Below, one piece after another: positions 47,203 through 56,719 of a stretch of DNA of 64,000 bases. This DNA is from Akkermansia sp. (lineage in GTDB: Bacteria > Verrucomicrobiota > Verrucomicrobiia > Verrucomicrobiales > Akkermansiaceae): the NCBI GenBank assembly GCA_045651585.1, contig JAZRSQ010000093.1:19624-83623 (forward strand). The letters are read 5' to 3'. Both the position numbers and the translations under genes were made by a program. The notes under the pieces are model-generated. The model made no database searches and was not told the origin of the DNA. It worked only from the letters and a program-made list of their open reading frames with translations. Every line of letters begins with the position of its first letter. Position 1 is the first letter of the stretch.

Positions 47203-47557
47203 TTCGCCACACGGCTTTCTTTGGGGTGTAGGCTTTTTTCTTCTCTTTGTGGCCGCCTGCCTGACCTTAATCAATGACGAAGAACACCGGCACGCCTACA
47301 TAGCCTTCTGCGCAGCCCTGCTGCTCACCCTTCTGGTCTTTATCGGATTCTTGGAACTGAGCGACCTCACACTCGACGACATTGTACGCAGAAGACGCAA
47401 TCTCTTATGGTTCCGCAGCCGCAACCACTACGCATACCTGCTGATTTCAGCGTGGGGTATCTCCTCGTACTTCCTTTCCCGTAAACTACTTCACCTCTTC
47501 TACCGCTGGCGCGACAGAAGAGGTGATGAAGATGATTCGGATTGCTCAGAAGATTGA
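47183..47557 (+). CDS. Hypothetical membrane protein
   Basis: Three TM segments. Confidence 0.5.
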   Translation: MIQWLTDSPHGFLWGVGFFLLFVAACLTLINDEEHRHAYIAFCAALLLTLLVFIGFLELSDLTLDDIVRRRRNLLWFRSRNHYAYLLISAWGISSYFLSRKLLHLFYRWRDRRGDEDDSDCSED

Positions 47558-47561
47558 GTTA

Positions 47562-48599
47562 TCAATCAATTTCAATAGTCTCCTTGGCACGGCGCTCATC
47601 GCGCTTCTTGGCCTTCTTATCCTTGGCTTTGGCACGCTTGGCCTCTCTTGCGGCCTTGCGTTCCTCGGAGGTAAGCTTATGCTTGATATTGCCCCACAGG
47701 TTCACCAGAGTGGGAGAGAGCTTACCATAATCGGTTTCGGGGTCAATCTTGTTCACCTTTTTGATGAAGCCCTTGAGCTGATTGGCCTGAATAGCCTCAC
47801 GACGAGCCTGACCGATTAAGAGGTTGAACACAGCCTGACGGTCGCGGGTATTGTAGGCTTCGTCCTCCACAATAGCCAGACAGTCTTTCTTCATCTGAGG
47901 ATAATCAGCCTCGAAATCCGGCTTCAAGAAACCATCGGGGGTATCGAGCTGCTTATACATGAACTGCAAGGCATTGAACTTGTTACGTCGTATACCGCCC
48001 AGCTTATCCGTGGGGTCGGCCAGTTCGAGCTGCTCCATGAAGCCCTCCGGTTTGACAATAGGCAGATTGCCGACCTCGATGAGCAACTTGGCCTTCTCGA
48101 GCCCCACCTTACCTTCCGCCTGAGCCATCAGCTCCTTCTGCTTGCGCAGAGCCTGAATGTACTTGGCGATGTTCTTCACGCCCTCCGTGCACTCATCGTC
48201 GGAGCCGAGATAGTCCGAGCCCTGGAAATCAGCATACTTGCGGCCATTCTTGTCAAAGAACATAACCGTGGGGCATACACTGAAGGGCGGGCCGGGCATT
48301 TTACCACGTATGGAAGCGGCCTCATCTGCCCCCTTGGCATCATCGCGCTCGTAGAAGGGGACGGCCACCATCACGGCATTGCCGGCGGCTTCCTCTGCAG
48401 CGGGGGATTTCCAGAAGGTCTGCAGCAATTGAACACTGCGGGCGTTCCAGTCCGGGCCATAGCAATAGGCTACCACACCGTCTTCACCGGCCTTCTCCAG
48501 AGCCTCGTCGAACGTGTTTGCACGCTGAGCAGCCTGCAACACAGAACCCAACAGCAGTACTGCTACAGCAAGTGCCTTACTTGACTTTCTTATTATCAT
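47562..48599 (-). CDS. Secreted protein with thioredoxin-like fold and basic C-terminal tail
   Basis: Signal peptide; VAYCYGPDW, PTVMFFD..GR. Confidence 0.7.
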   Translation of the reverse strand: MIIRKSSKALAVAVLLLGSVLQAAQRANTFDEALEKAGEDGVVAYCYGPDWNARSVQLLQTFWKSPAAEEAAGNAVMVAVPFYERDDAKGADEAASIRGKMPGPPFSVCPTVMFFDKNGRKYADFQGSDYLGSDDECTEGVKNIAKYIQALRKQKELMAQAEGKVGLEKAKLLIEVGNLPIVKPEGFMEQLELADPTDKLGGIRRNKFNALQFMYKQLDTPDGFLKPDFEADYPQMKKDCLAIVEDEAYNTRDRQAVFNLLIGQARREAIQANQLKGFIKKVNKIDPETDYGKLSPTLVNLWGNIKHKLTSEERKAAREAKRAKAKDKKAKKRDERRAKETIEID

Positions 48600-51225
48600 A
48601 TACGAGAATTGCTTTGAAATTAATACCTACCAGCTGATCTTCGCCGGAGTCGATGCGAATGAACTTAGCCATGGGGTGGCTGCGCTTAATGCACACACGG
48701 ATGTAGGGTTCCTTGGAGCCATCCGGCAGCTCGGTGAGGGTCTTCCAGGACTGACCATCGGCCGACACCTCAATCTTCCATGTGCGGTAGGAACCGCAAC
48801 CATTGGTGGGAATAATGATGACGCCACCGATACGGGTCTTCTTGGGCAACTCCACGGTTACAGTCTGGTGCTTACCGAAAGCGGAGTAGATGTGACCGCC
48901 CTTCTCTGTAAGTGCAGCAGCGTGGTGAATGATGTTGCTCTGGTCATCATTGTACTTGCTGAGGGTTACCAAACCACCGGCAGATACCAGATTACCACCG
49001 GCAGGCTCGTACTTGGGCATCTGCTTACCGCTGTCGAGGTAATCCTTACTCCACAGATTGGCCAGCTCCATATCGCCGATTTCCTCGGCACCGCGAATCA
49101 CACCGCAGCTGATGAGGTCCTTGGAATCGGGGTGATCCTGAATGGACTTCTCAATCATGGCCATCACCTTCTTGGCAAAGGGCTTGCCTTCGGCGTGCGA
49201 GGTCTTCACAGCCCATGCAATCATCTGGCAGAACTCAGGGTGCAGAGCCACATTGTCGACCAGTATCTGCATGAACTTCTCCTTGTGCGTGCGAGCCTTA
49301 CCGAGTGACTGGTACTGCATGTCCAGCAACAGGTGGAAGTCCCACTGTGCCTTCTCATTGACATTGAGGTTCTTGAAGTAGGCCTCGAACGCTGCCAATT
49401 TCTGCTTGGGTGAGCGCAGGGTCTTCAGCATGGAGGGGTAAATACGCTCCAGCAGGAACTTAGAGCACATCTCAGGGTGCCCCGGTGTAATGGAGGTACA
49501 GACGAACTCGTTCACGCCAAGCCACTTGCGCGGGCGCTTACCCAACGAACGGGCTGCGGTATCCATGTAGAAGTTCCACACGGGGCGATAGAGCGGCTGC
49601 ATCTGCACTGCGAGCTCGAAAAGCTTGAGAGCGTTGACGGGGTTCTTGTACTCACCCAGCATCGTTGCCAGAGTGCAAACCATCTGAGCATCTCGGGTAA
49701 TAGCCCCCTGCTGGTACATGGACGTCTGCATCTGCAGGGCGCTCCAAGTATGCTCACCCCACGTGTTCCAGTGCGGGTGACGATCCTCGGAAAGCGAGTT
49801 GGCACCATGCCACTTGCCATCGAAGTACACAGCATAAGCGCAGTGACCGGGCTCACCCATGGTGAAGGCCGGAATACCGTTGGCACAGGCGGCAGAAGTA
49901 CCGAAGTGTGACAAGCCACCACACACAGCACCTACATCGCGGGTTTCCTTAGCAAAGTTATCGGGGTAGAGCACGTCAAACGGCTGGTAGTACCACGAGG
50001 AGAAAATGGAGTCGCCGTAAACGTTGGTCGGCAGGTAGGGCACCTGATAGGCCATGCCGGTGTAGGCACGAGCGGGTGCGGCGCAGTTATCACGCAGCCA
50101 GCGCATGGTGTTGGCGGAGCCGAAGGGGCTGTTGCCCTTCCAACCACAGCAGTAGTGCATCAACCATGTGGGCAGCTGGGCGAAATAACCATTCAGGCGG
50201 TTCAAGTCAATACTTTCGGCAAAGTACAGATAACGCTCACGGGCTGCGCGATAAATATCAGTCTTTGCTTTACCTTTCTTACCGCCCGGCAGTGTGGGCA
50301 TAATATAACCGAGGTCTTTCAGACTGGCGAGCTCTTCTTTGCTCAGTTCCTTTTCTTCGCCATACCAGCCATTGCGGGTGAACTCCACAGCAATCACACC
50401 GGCTACGCGACGCTTCAGGCCTGCAGTGGACGGCTTATCGCCACCGTCCACCAGAATCTCCTCGTCCATCTTGGGGTCAACCTGACGGAAATGAGCCAGC
50501 ATGGAGAGTGCCACTTCGCCCTTTGACAATTCACCATCGTATACAAAGTCTGCAACCCACTGCAAATCATTCAGCAGCGGAGCAAGCGACTCGCAGGCAT
50601 TGCGGTCTTTCATCAACTTTGACAATGCATCCAAATCGCAGCGATTGAGCAGCTCCCACTGAGCCAGCATCAAGCGCACCTCAGGATCCTCCAAGTACTT
50701 CTCGACACTCTCCTGATCAAAGCCCTTCAAACGTGTGCGCAAACGACCGGCCAGACGACGCTTAAGAATCTTGGGCTGTTTCCACACAGCGGGGCTCAGC
50801 TTGGATTTGAAAGCCGGCTCACGCACCGGGCGCATGCCGTCATCCTCACCCTGGCCCTTACCCTTGCGGCGATACTTGGCAATCGACTCGGGGGTGATGT
50901 TCTCGCCCTCCAAATCGTCATCTTCGGTAATGCTCTCTTCCTCACCGTCTTGGAAAGCATCCGGGTCTTCCGCATCCGCCAGACGATCCAGACCGTCATC
51001 CGGCTCACCGGACCAGTCGAAATCAGTCTCCTCCGGCTCAGTAGGCTCGGTATCGGCAACCGGTGTGTCCTTTTGGGTTTCTTGCGCCTTCGGCGCGTCC
51101 GGCTTCACGACAACCTTTTCACCGTGAATGGCCTTTTCAAGCATAGGCACCAAACCGGGGGCAGCCATATAACCACCGGCCAGACCAAGTGCAAGAATAA
51201 TGAGGTAAACGTATCTGGGCTTCAT
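48577..51225 (-). CDS. Large membrane-anchored protein with transglutaminase-like core and C-terminal discoidin (F5/8)-like domain
   Basis: GAVCGGLSHFG...NGIPA...GEPGHCAY; C-terminal VTVELPK...IEVSADG..W...FIRI. Confidence 0.65.
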   Translation of the reverse strand: MKPRYVYLIILALGLAGGYMAAPGLVPMLEKAIHGEKVVVKPDAPKAQETQKDTPVADTEPTEPEETDFDWSGEPDDGLDRLADAEDPDAFQDGEEESITEDDDLEGENITPESIAKYRRKGKGQGEDDGMRPVREPAFKSKLSPAVWKQPKILKRRLAGRLRTRLKGFDQESVEKYLEDPEVRLMLAQWELLNRCDLDALSKLMKDRNACESLAPLLNDLQWVADFVYDGELSKGEVALSMLAHFRQVDPKMDEEILVDGGDKPSTAGLKRRVAGVIAVEFTRNGWYGEEKELSKEELASLKDLGYIMPTLPGGKKGKAKTDIYRAARERYLYFAESIDLNRLNGYFAQLPTWLMHYCCGWKGNSPFGSANTMRWLRDNCAAPARAYTGMAYQVPYLPTNVYGDSIFSSWYYQPFDVLYPDNFAKETRDVGAVCGGLSHFGTSAACANGIPAFTMGEPGHCAYAVYFDGKWHGANSLSEDRHPHWNTWGEHTWSALQMQTSMYQQGAITRDAQMVCTLATMLGEYKNPVNALKLFELAVQMQPLYRPVWNFYMDTAARSLGKRPRKWLGVNEFVCTSITPGHPEMCSKFLLERIYPSMLKTLRSPKQKLAAFEAYFKNLNVNEKAQWDFHLLLDMQYQSLGKARTHKEKFMQILVDNVALHPEFCQMIAWAVKTSHAEGKPFAKKVMAMIEKSIQDHPDSKDLISCGVIRGAEEIGDMELANLWSKDYLDSGKQMPKYEPAGGNLVSAGGLVTLSKYNDDQSNIIHHAAALTEKGGHIYSAFGKHQTVTVELPKKTRIGGVIIIPTNGCGSYRTWKIEVSADGQSWKTLTELPDGSKEPYIRVCIKRSHPMAKFIRIDSGEDQLVGINFKAILVYDNKKVK

Positions 51226-51410
51226 TTCCCCTATTTATTAGCAAATTCACCCCCGACTGTCAAGAATATGTTGCTCATCTCACCAATCTCTGATTTTTTT
51301 GTCAGCGTGTCCGTGTTAATTCAAAAAAACGGCTTTACACAGCAAGTTAACATTGCAATCAACAATAAAATTGTTATCATAGAATAAACGAAAACGATGG
51401 ATTATCGCAT

Positions 51411-52037
51411 ATGGCAACGGATTCCCTGCTGACAAACCTGCCGAAACACCTTGATTACCGGGTGCACAAGACGACTATTACCGTTTTGGTGGCGGCGGTG
51501 GTTTGCCTTGCGCTGTCATTCCTTCTCCCGGAAAGCCACGGCCACAAAAACGCCCCGCCTGAGTTCGCCCAGCTGGGGTTGTTGGTTCTGTGCACCATCT
51601 ATGCCTTCACCGCCAACAACAAGCGCCGCTTCTTTATCTTCGCCGGGTTCGTGATTATCTTCCTGACTCTGCGGGAAATCAACTACGGGCGCACGCTCTG
51701 GTTCTTTGCAGATGAGAACAACCCCACCAAGTTCCCCAAGTGGAAAGATATCCCCTACGGGTGGCTTGCCCACGTGCTTGTCGGCGTGTACTTGGTCATT
51801 CTTGCGACAGTCTTCGTATGGAAAAAGCTCTGGCGTGATATTCGTGATATTCTGCTGGGCTCTGCCCTGCCGGTTTGGGAGCTTGCCCTCGCAATCCTAC
51901 TGGCAGCAGCCGCTCACACGGTGGAAGAAGCCATCCACGACAACCTGCTCGAGGAATGTCTGGAACTGGGGTTCTACATCTGCCTGACGACACTGTTGTG
52001 GCGCTACACTCGCAATAAATGCCAACCGGTTGAGTAA
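51411..52037 (+). CDS. Hypothetical membrane protein
   Basis: About 6 TMs; REINYG and EE.LEL motifs. Confidence 0.7.
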   Translation: MATDSLLTNLPKHLDYRVHKTTITVLVAAVVCLALSFLLPESHGHKNAPPEFAQLGLLVLCTIYAFTANNKRRFFIFAGFVIIFLTLREINYGRTLWFFADENNPTKFPKWKDIPYGWLAHVLVGVYLVILATVFVWKKLWRDIRDILLGSALPVWELALAILLAAAAHTVEEAIHDNLLEECLELGFYICLTTLLWRYTRNKCQPVE

Positions 52038-52105
52038 AACAACAGCGTGTCTGCCCACAAATTGGCGTTTGACAGCCACCGCGCGCGTGTGATAGAATGG
52101 CGGCG

Positions 52106-54847
52106 ATGGAGACACTCTACATACTCGATGGCATGGCGCTGATGTACCGCGCCTTCTACGCATTCATCAACGCCCCCATGCGCACCTCGGCCGGTTTGAA
52201 TACCTCGGCCATGTTCGGGTTCACCAACACGGTGCTTTCGCTCATCGAGAAGGAGTCCCCCACGCACATCGTAGCCTGTTTGGATCCCTCCGGCCCGACG
52301 TTCCGCCATGAGCAATACCCTGAGTACAAAGCCAATCGACAGGCTATGCCGCAGGAGCTGCGTGACTCCATTCCGTGGATTATCGACATCCTCAACGCCA
52401 TGCGCATACCGGTGGTGCGTGTACCGGGGTACGAGGCCGACGACCTCATCGGCACCTTCACCCGACTGGCAGAGGAACGTGGGGATATGCACGCCTACAT
52501 GGTATCCCTCGACAAGGATTTGGGCCAGTTGCTCTCCCCCAGTTGCTCCTTCCACAAGCCGGGTAAGAAGGGCGCTGACTTCGAGGTGATTGACCAAGCC
52601 GCCTTCCTGCAAGAATGGGGAATCAGCGAGCCTCGCCAAATCATTGATATTCTGGCATTGATGGGCGATAGCAGCGACAACATTCCGGGTGTGCCCGGTG
52701 TGGGTGCTGTAACAGCTCGCAAGCTCGTGGCCCAGTTCGGCAGCGTGCAGAACATGCTCGACCACACAGCAGACATCAAGGGCAAACTGCGCGAAAAGAT
52801 TGAAACAAACGCCGACAATGCCCGCCTGTCCTATGACCTTGCCACCATTCGGCGAGATGCCCCCCTGCCCATCACCATAACCGACTGCGCCCGTGTGGGC
52901 TACGATGTCGCCGCCCTGCGAGCTATTTTTGCCCAGCTCGAGTTCCGCGGGCTCGATAAGCGCTTGGGTGCGGCCCCGGCAGATGACCTGTTTGCCGTGG
53001 CAGCCGCTCCGGCTCAGGAGGCGGAGTCGCCCCTGCAGATGGAGCTCTTTGCAGCAGCCCCCGAGCTGACGGACATCAATAACACCCCGCACGAGTACAA
53101 GCTCATCAGCACCGATGAGGAGCTCGCAGCGCTAGCCAAGGAACTGGAGTCCACCCCCCGCTGGGCTTTCGATACAGAAACAACAGGGCTTAATCCTTTG
53201 CAGGACAGAATGCTGGGCATTTCATTCTGCACTGCACCGGGCAAAGCATGCTACGTACCGGTGAGCGATGGCCGCTGCCCTGCCGCCCTGTTGTCGGCAC
53301 TGGCAGGGAATGCCGAAAAGGTGGGCCTGAACCTGAAGTTCGACCTGCAGGTTCTGCACACCGCAGGGGCTGAAGTTAAGGGACCGTTCTTCGATGCCAT
53401 GCTGGCTCACGCGGCCCTTTACCCCGAGCTGCGACACAATATGGACGACATGGCCGAGGCTCTGCTCAGCTACCGCACCGTGCGACTGGCAGATATTGCC
53501 GGCAAGGATTGCGATACCGCCGCCGTTCCCGTAGAGCAAATGGCCGACTACGCCGCCGAGGATGCCGATGTCACGCTGCGACTGGCCGATGTGCTGGCTC
53601 CGCAGCTGGAGAGCGCCGGGCAAACCGCCCTCATGCGCGACATTGAGTTCCCGCTGGTGCCCGTGCTGGCAGCTATTGAGCAGGAGGGCATGCGCGTGGA
53701 ACCCGAGCTGCTGCAGACGGCCTCTGCCGAGCTGGGGGACCAGATTGCCACCATTGCCAACCGAATCGATGAGATGGTAGGGCGCCCCATCAATCTGAAC
53801 TCCCCCCGCCAGCTAGGCGATTTGCTGTTCGGTGAGCTCAAATTGCTGGCCAAGCCCAAGAAAACCAAGACCGGTCAGTACGTGACGGATGAGGAGACAC
53901 TGCGCAAGCTCGCCCCCTCCTTCCCCCTCGTGCGCGATATTCTGGAGTACCGCGAACTCAGCAAGCTCAAGGGCACCTATCTGGACGCCCTGCCTCGCTA
54001 TATTTCCCCCACTGATGGGCGCATACACTCCACCCTGCAGCAGATGGTCACAGCCACAGGGCGACTGGCCTGCCAGAATCCCAACCTGCAGAACATCCCC
54101 GTGCGTTCCGAGGCCGGCAAGCTTATTCGCCGTGCATTCATCGCCCGTAGCGAGGAGTACAGCATTCTTTCCGCCGACTACTCTCAGGTGGAACTCAGGC
54201 TCATGGCCGCCCTCTCGGCCGACCCGGCCATGATTGCCGCCTTCACCGAGGGGCGCGACATTCACGCCGAAACCGCTGCCCGCATTTACGGCGTAGACCG
54301 CGAAGACGTAACCCCGGCCATGCGCCGCGCTGCCAAGACGGTAAACTTCGGCATCATTTACGGCATTTCTGCCTTCGGCCTTTCCCAACGCCTCGATTGT
54401 CCCAGGGGCGAGGCCGCCGCGCTCATCGAGAGCTACTTCACCCAGTTCCCCGGCGTCAAATCCTGCATGGACAAGCTGGTGGAAGACGCACGCAGCAAGG
54501 GCTATGCCGAAACCCTCAGCGGGCGCCGTCGCCGACTGCCCGACTTGAACAGCAGTAACTTCAACCTGCGAGCCGCAGCAGAACGCACGGCTATCAATAC
54601 CCCTATACAAGGCACCGCTGCCGACATGATCAAAATCGCCATGGTGAGAGTGCATGAGCTGCTGCAAGGGCGCCGCACACGCCTTATCATGCAGATTCAC
54701 GACGAACTGCTCTTCGACCTGCACCGCGACGAGCACGAGCTCATACCCGAAATCGTCGCCACCATGCAAGCCGCCCTCCCCCTGCCCCACGGCGTGCCCC
54801 TGGAGGTGGAGGCCAACCACGCCCCCAACTGGCTGGAAGCCCACTGA
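52106..54847 (+). CDS. polA: DNA polymerase I
   Basis: DG.ALMYRAF, YKANR, EADD, DK, GD.SDNIPGV.G.G, FDTET, SADYSQVELR, AK.VNFGIIYG, QIHDELLF. Confidence 0.98.
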   Translation: METLYILDGMALMYRAFYAFINAPMRTSAGLNTSAMFGFTNTVLSLIEKESPTHIVACLDPSGPTFRHEQYPEYKANRQAMPQELRDSIPWIIDILNAMRIPVVRVPGYEADDLIGTFTRLAEERGDMHAYMVSLDKDLGQLLSPSCSFHKPGKKGADFEVIDQAAFLQEWGISEPRQIIDILALMGDSSDNIPGVPGVGAVTARKLVAQFGSVQNMLDHTADIKGKLREKIETNADNARLSYDLATIRRDAPLPITITDCARVGYDVAALRAIFAQLEFRGLDKRLGAAPADDLFAVAAAPAQEAESPLQMELFAAAPELTDINNTPHEYKLISTDEELAALAKELESTPRWAFDTETTGLNPLQDRMLGISFCTAPGKACYVPVSDGRCPAALLSALAGNAEKVGLNLKFDLQVLHTAGAEVKGPFFDAMLAHAALYPELRHNMDDMAEALLSYRTVRLADIAGKDCDTAAVPVEQMADYAAEDADVTLRLADVLAPQLESAGQTALMRDIEFPLVPVLAAIEQEGMRVEPELLQTASAELGDQIATIANRIDEMVGRPINLNSPRQLGDLLFGELKLLAKPKKTKTGQYVTDEETLRKLAPSFPLVRDILEYRELSKLKGTYLDALPRYISPTDGRIHSTLQQMVTATGRLACQNPNLQNIPVRSEAGKLIRRAFIARSEEYSILSADYSQVELRLMAALSADPAMIAAFTEGRDIHAETAARIYGVDREDVTPAMRRAAKTVNFGIIYGISAFGLSQRLDCPRGEAAALIESYFTQFPGVKSCMDKLVEDARSKGYAETLSGRRRRLPDLNSSNFNLRAAAERTAINTPIQGTAADMIKIAMVRVHELLQGRRTRLIMQIHDELLFDLHRDEHELIPEIVATMQAALPLPHGVPLEVEANHAPNWLEAH

Positions 54848-54850
54848 GCG

Positions 54851-54878
54851 ATGTTGAATGTTGTATGTTGAATGTTGA
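54851..54878 (+). repeat. Heptamer array (ATGTTGA)x4
   Basis: ATGTTGA ATGTTGT ATGTTGA ATGTTGA. Confidence 0.9.
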
Positions 54879-54897
54879 AAGTAATATTCAATACAAT

Positions 54898-55269
54898 ATG
54901 ACCGAGCATATTTATACCAGAGACAAATTATACGAGCGCACAATGGACTTCTCAGTGCGCATCATTCGCATGGTCAGAAATATGCCAAGGGGTGTAGCCG
55001 AAGATGTCGTTGCCAAACAACTTACAAAAAGTGCAACTTCTATCGGTGCCAATTACAGAGAAGCCAGCCACGCTAAATCCCCCAATGACTTTGCCGCCAA
55101 ATTAAAAATATGCGAAAGCGAAGCGGCAGAAACTCTCTACTGGCTACAGCTTGTCATCAATGCAGGCATGATGCCCGAAAACAAAATACTAGCCCTTACA
55201 ACCGAAGCAAAAGAACTCGTTGCTATTTTTACAGCTGCAACCAAACGCGCCTATTCTAACCGCAAATAA
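54898..55269 (+). CDS. Four-helix-bundle (23S rRNA IVP-type) protein
   Basis: L.ERT.DFSVRII, QL.KSATSIGANYREA..A.S..DFAAKL.I...EAAETLYWL. Confidence 0.92.
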   Translation: MTEHIYTRDKLYERTMDFSVRIIRMVRNMPRGVAEDVVAKQLTKSATSIGANYREASHAKSPNDFAAKLKICESEAAETLYWLQLVINAGMMPENKILALTTEAKELVAIFTAATKRAYSNRK

Positions 55270-55270
55270 T

Positions 55271-55367
55271 TCAACATTCCCTGTCTCGGCGTAGAAAGAA
55301 GGGCGTAAGCCCGAACTCGAAGCCGGAAACATTCAACATTCAACATTCAACATTCAACATTCAACAT
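55271..55367 (+). repeat. Heptamer array (TCAACAT)x1+x5 interrupted by a REP-like hairpin
   Basis: Reverse complement of the left array; insert TCTCGGCGTAG..GGGC-GTAA-GCCC..CGAAGCCGGA; last unit supplies the ispF ATG. Confidence 0.88.
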
Positions 55368-55854
55368 GCTCACCCTCGTTGGCTTAGGTTATGATATTCA
55401 CCGCTTTTCGGAAGAGCCGCGTCCACTGTGGCTCGGCGGTGTAAAAGTACACGAAACAAAGGGACTCGCTGGACATAGCGATGCCGATGTGCTCTGCCAT
55501 GCTCTGGCAGACGCCATTCTGGGCGCCATCGGCGAGCCGGATATCGGCTATTGGTTCCCGCCGAATGACGACAGCTGCCTGAACATCTGCTCTCTGCGTA
55601 TTGTGGAAAAAGCTGTGGAGCTGCTGCATGCTCAGGGCGGAAAGGTGGTGAATGCCGACTGCGCCCTCATTGCCGAGGCGCCCAAAATCATGCCTTTCGT
55701 TCCCCAGATGAAAGAAACCCTCGCAGCTATTCTCGGTGTTGCCCCCAAACGCGTGGGTGTGAAAGCTACCACCAATGAAAAGCTCGGTGCCATCGGTCGT
55801 CGTGAAGGCATGGCAGCTTTTGCGACCGTAGCCGTTCTACTTCCTGAGGATTAA
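55366..55854 (+). CDS. ispF: 2-C-methyl-D-erythritol 2,4-cyclodiphosphate synthase
   Basis: G.GYDIH, GHSDADVL.HA..DAILGA, DIG..FP, VKATT.E.LG..GR.EG. Confidence 0.96.
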   Translation: MLTLVGLGYDIHRFSEEPRPLWLGGVKVHETKGLAGHSDADVLCHALADAILGAIGEPDIGYWFPPNDDSCLNICSLRIVEKAVELLHAQGGKVVNADCALIAEAPKIMPFVPQMKETLAAILGVAPKRVGVKATTNEKLGAIGRREGMAAFATVAVLLPED

Positions 55855-55859
55855 GCCCT

Positions 55860-56354
55860 ATGGACTCAAACTTAGAGCTGACCGCCTTTGCCGCGGTTAA
55901 AAATCTGGAGGCCACCGGGCTCACCGTAGCCACAGCCGAGAGCTGCACCGGCGGGCTCATCGCTGCCGCCATCACCGGGGTGCCGGGCGCCTCTGCCGTC
56001 TTTCGCTATGGCTGGGTAACCTATTGCAATGAGGCCAAGGAACGCGAACTCGGCGTGCTGCCCGAGCTGATAGCCGAGCACACCGTCGTGAGCGAACCGG
56101 TCGTGGCCGCTATGGCAGAAGGTGCCATGCGCCAAGCCGGGGCAGATATCGCCGTGGCGGTCTCCGGCAACGCCGGTCCTACCGCCGCTGAGGGAGAACC
56201 GCCCGTCGGCACGGTCTGCATAGCCATTACCCGCCGCGGCGCGGCTCGTCCTACCCATACCGAGACGCTCTTTTACCCGGGAGTGCCCCGCAATACCCTG
56301 CGCACCCTCGTAGCCACCAAGGTACTCGCTCTTATCGCCGGAGCTGCTCAATAA
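55860..56354 (+). CDS. CinA C-terminal / PncC-like nicotinamide-nucleotide amidohydrolase
   Basis: ATAESCTGG, VPGAS, Y.N.AK, VS..V..AMA.G, SG.AGP, PVGTV. Confidence 0.9.
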   Translation: MDSNLELTAFAAVKNLEATGLTVATAESCTGGLIAAAITGVPGASAVFRYGWVTYCNEAKERELGVLPELIAEHTVVSEPVVAAMAEGAMRQAGADIAVAVSGNAGPTAAEGEPPVGTVCIAITRRGAARPTHTETLFYPGVPRNTLRTLVATKVLALIAGAAQ

Positions 56355-56408
56355 ATTAACGACACAGCAGCCCGCACATATTCAGCGACTTTCAACAGTC
56401 ACCGTATA

Positions 56409-56456
56409 AAAAAGATTTGACCCGGCAAGCCAGATGGCCTGTCGGGTCGAAATCGA
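56409..56456 (-). terminator. Terminator after the small lipoprotein
   Basis: GATTTGACCCG...CGGGTCGAAATC stem with A5 on the plus strand. Confidence 0.65.
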
Positions 56457-56473
56457 TTTGCGAGCTCCTCGCT

Positions 56474-56599
56474 TTACTTGCCGGGAACCGGAGTGGGAAT
56501 CGGGTCAGCGGGGGGAGGAGGAGGAGTCTGCTGCTGCTGCTGCTGCTGGCAGGACACCAGAGCGGCGGCTGCGATTGCGAGGATGGCGATGGTCTTCAT
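56474..56599 (-). CDS. 41-aa lipoprotein with poly-Gln/poly-Pro (not in the ORF track)
   Basis: MKTIAILAIAAAALVS-CQQQQQQQTPPPPPADPIPTPVPGK; lipobox; own terminator. Confidence 0.8.
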   Translation of the reverse strand: MKTIAILAIAAAALVSCQQQQQQQTPPPPPADPIPTPVPGK

Positions 56600-56719
56600 A
56601 ACGATGGATAATGTTTTTTGGTTGTTTGCAAACGCACTCACCATGAGTTTGTCTACAATTCATAGAATACTTAATTTTTCTTAAAAATCAAGAAAAAAAT
56701 TACACTTTTCTTAAAAAAA

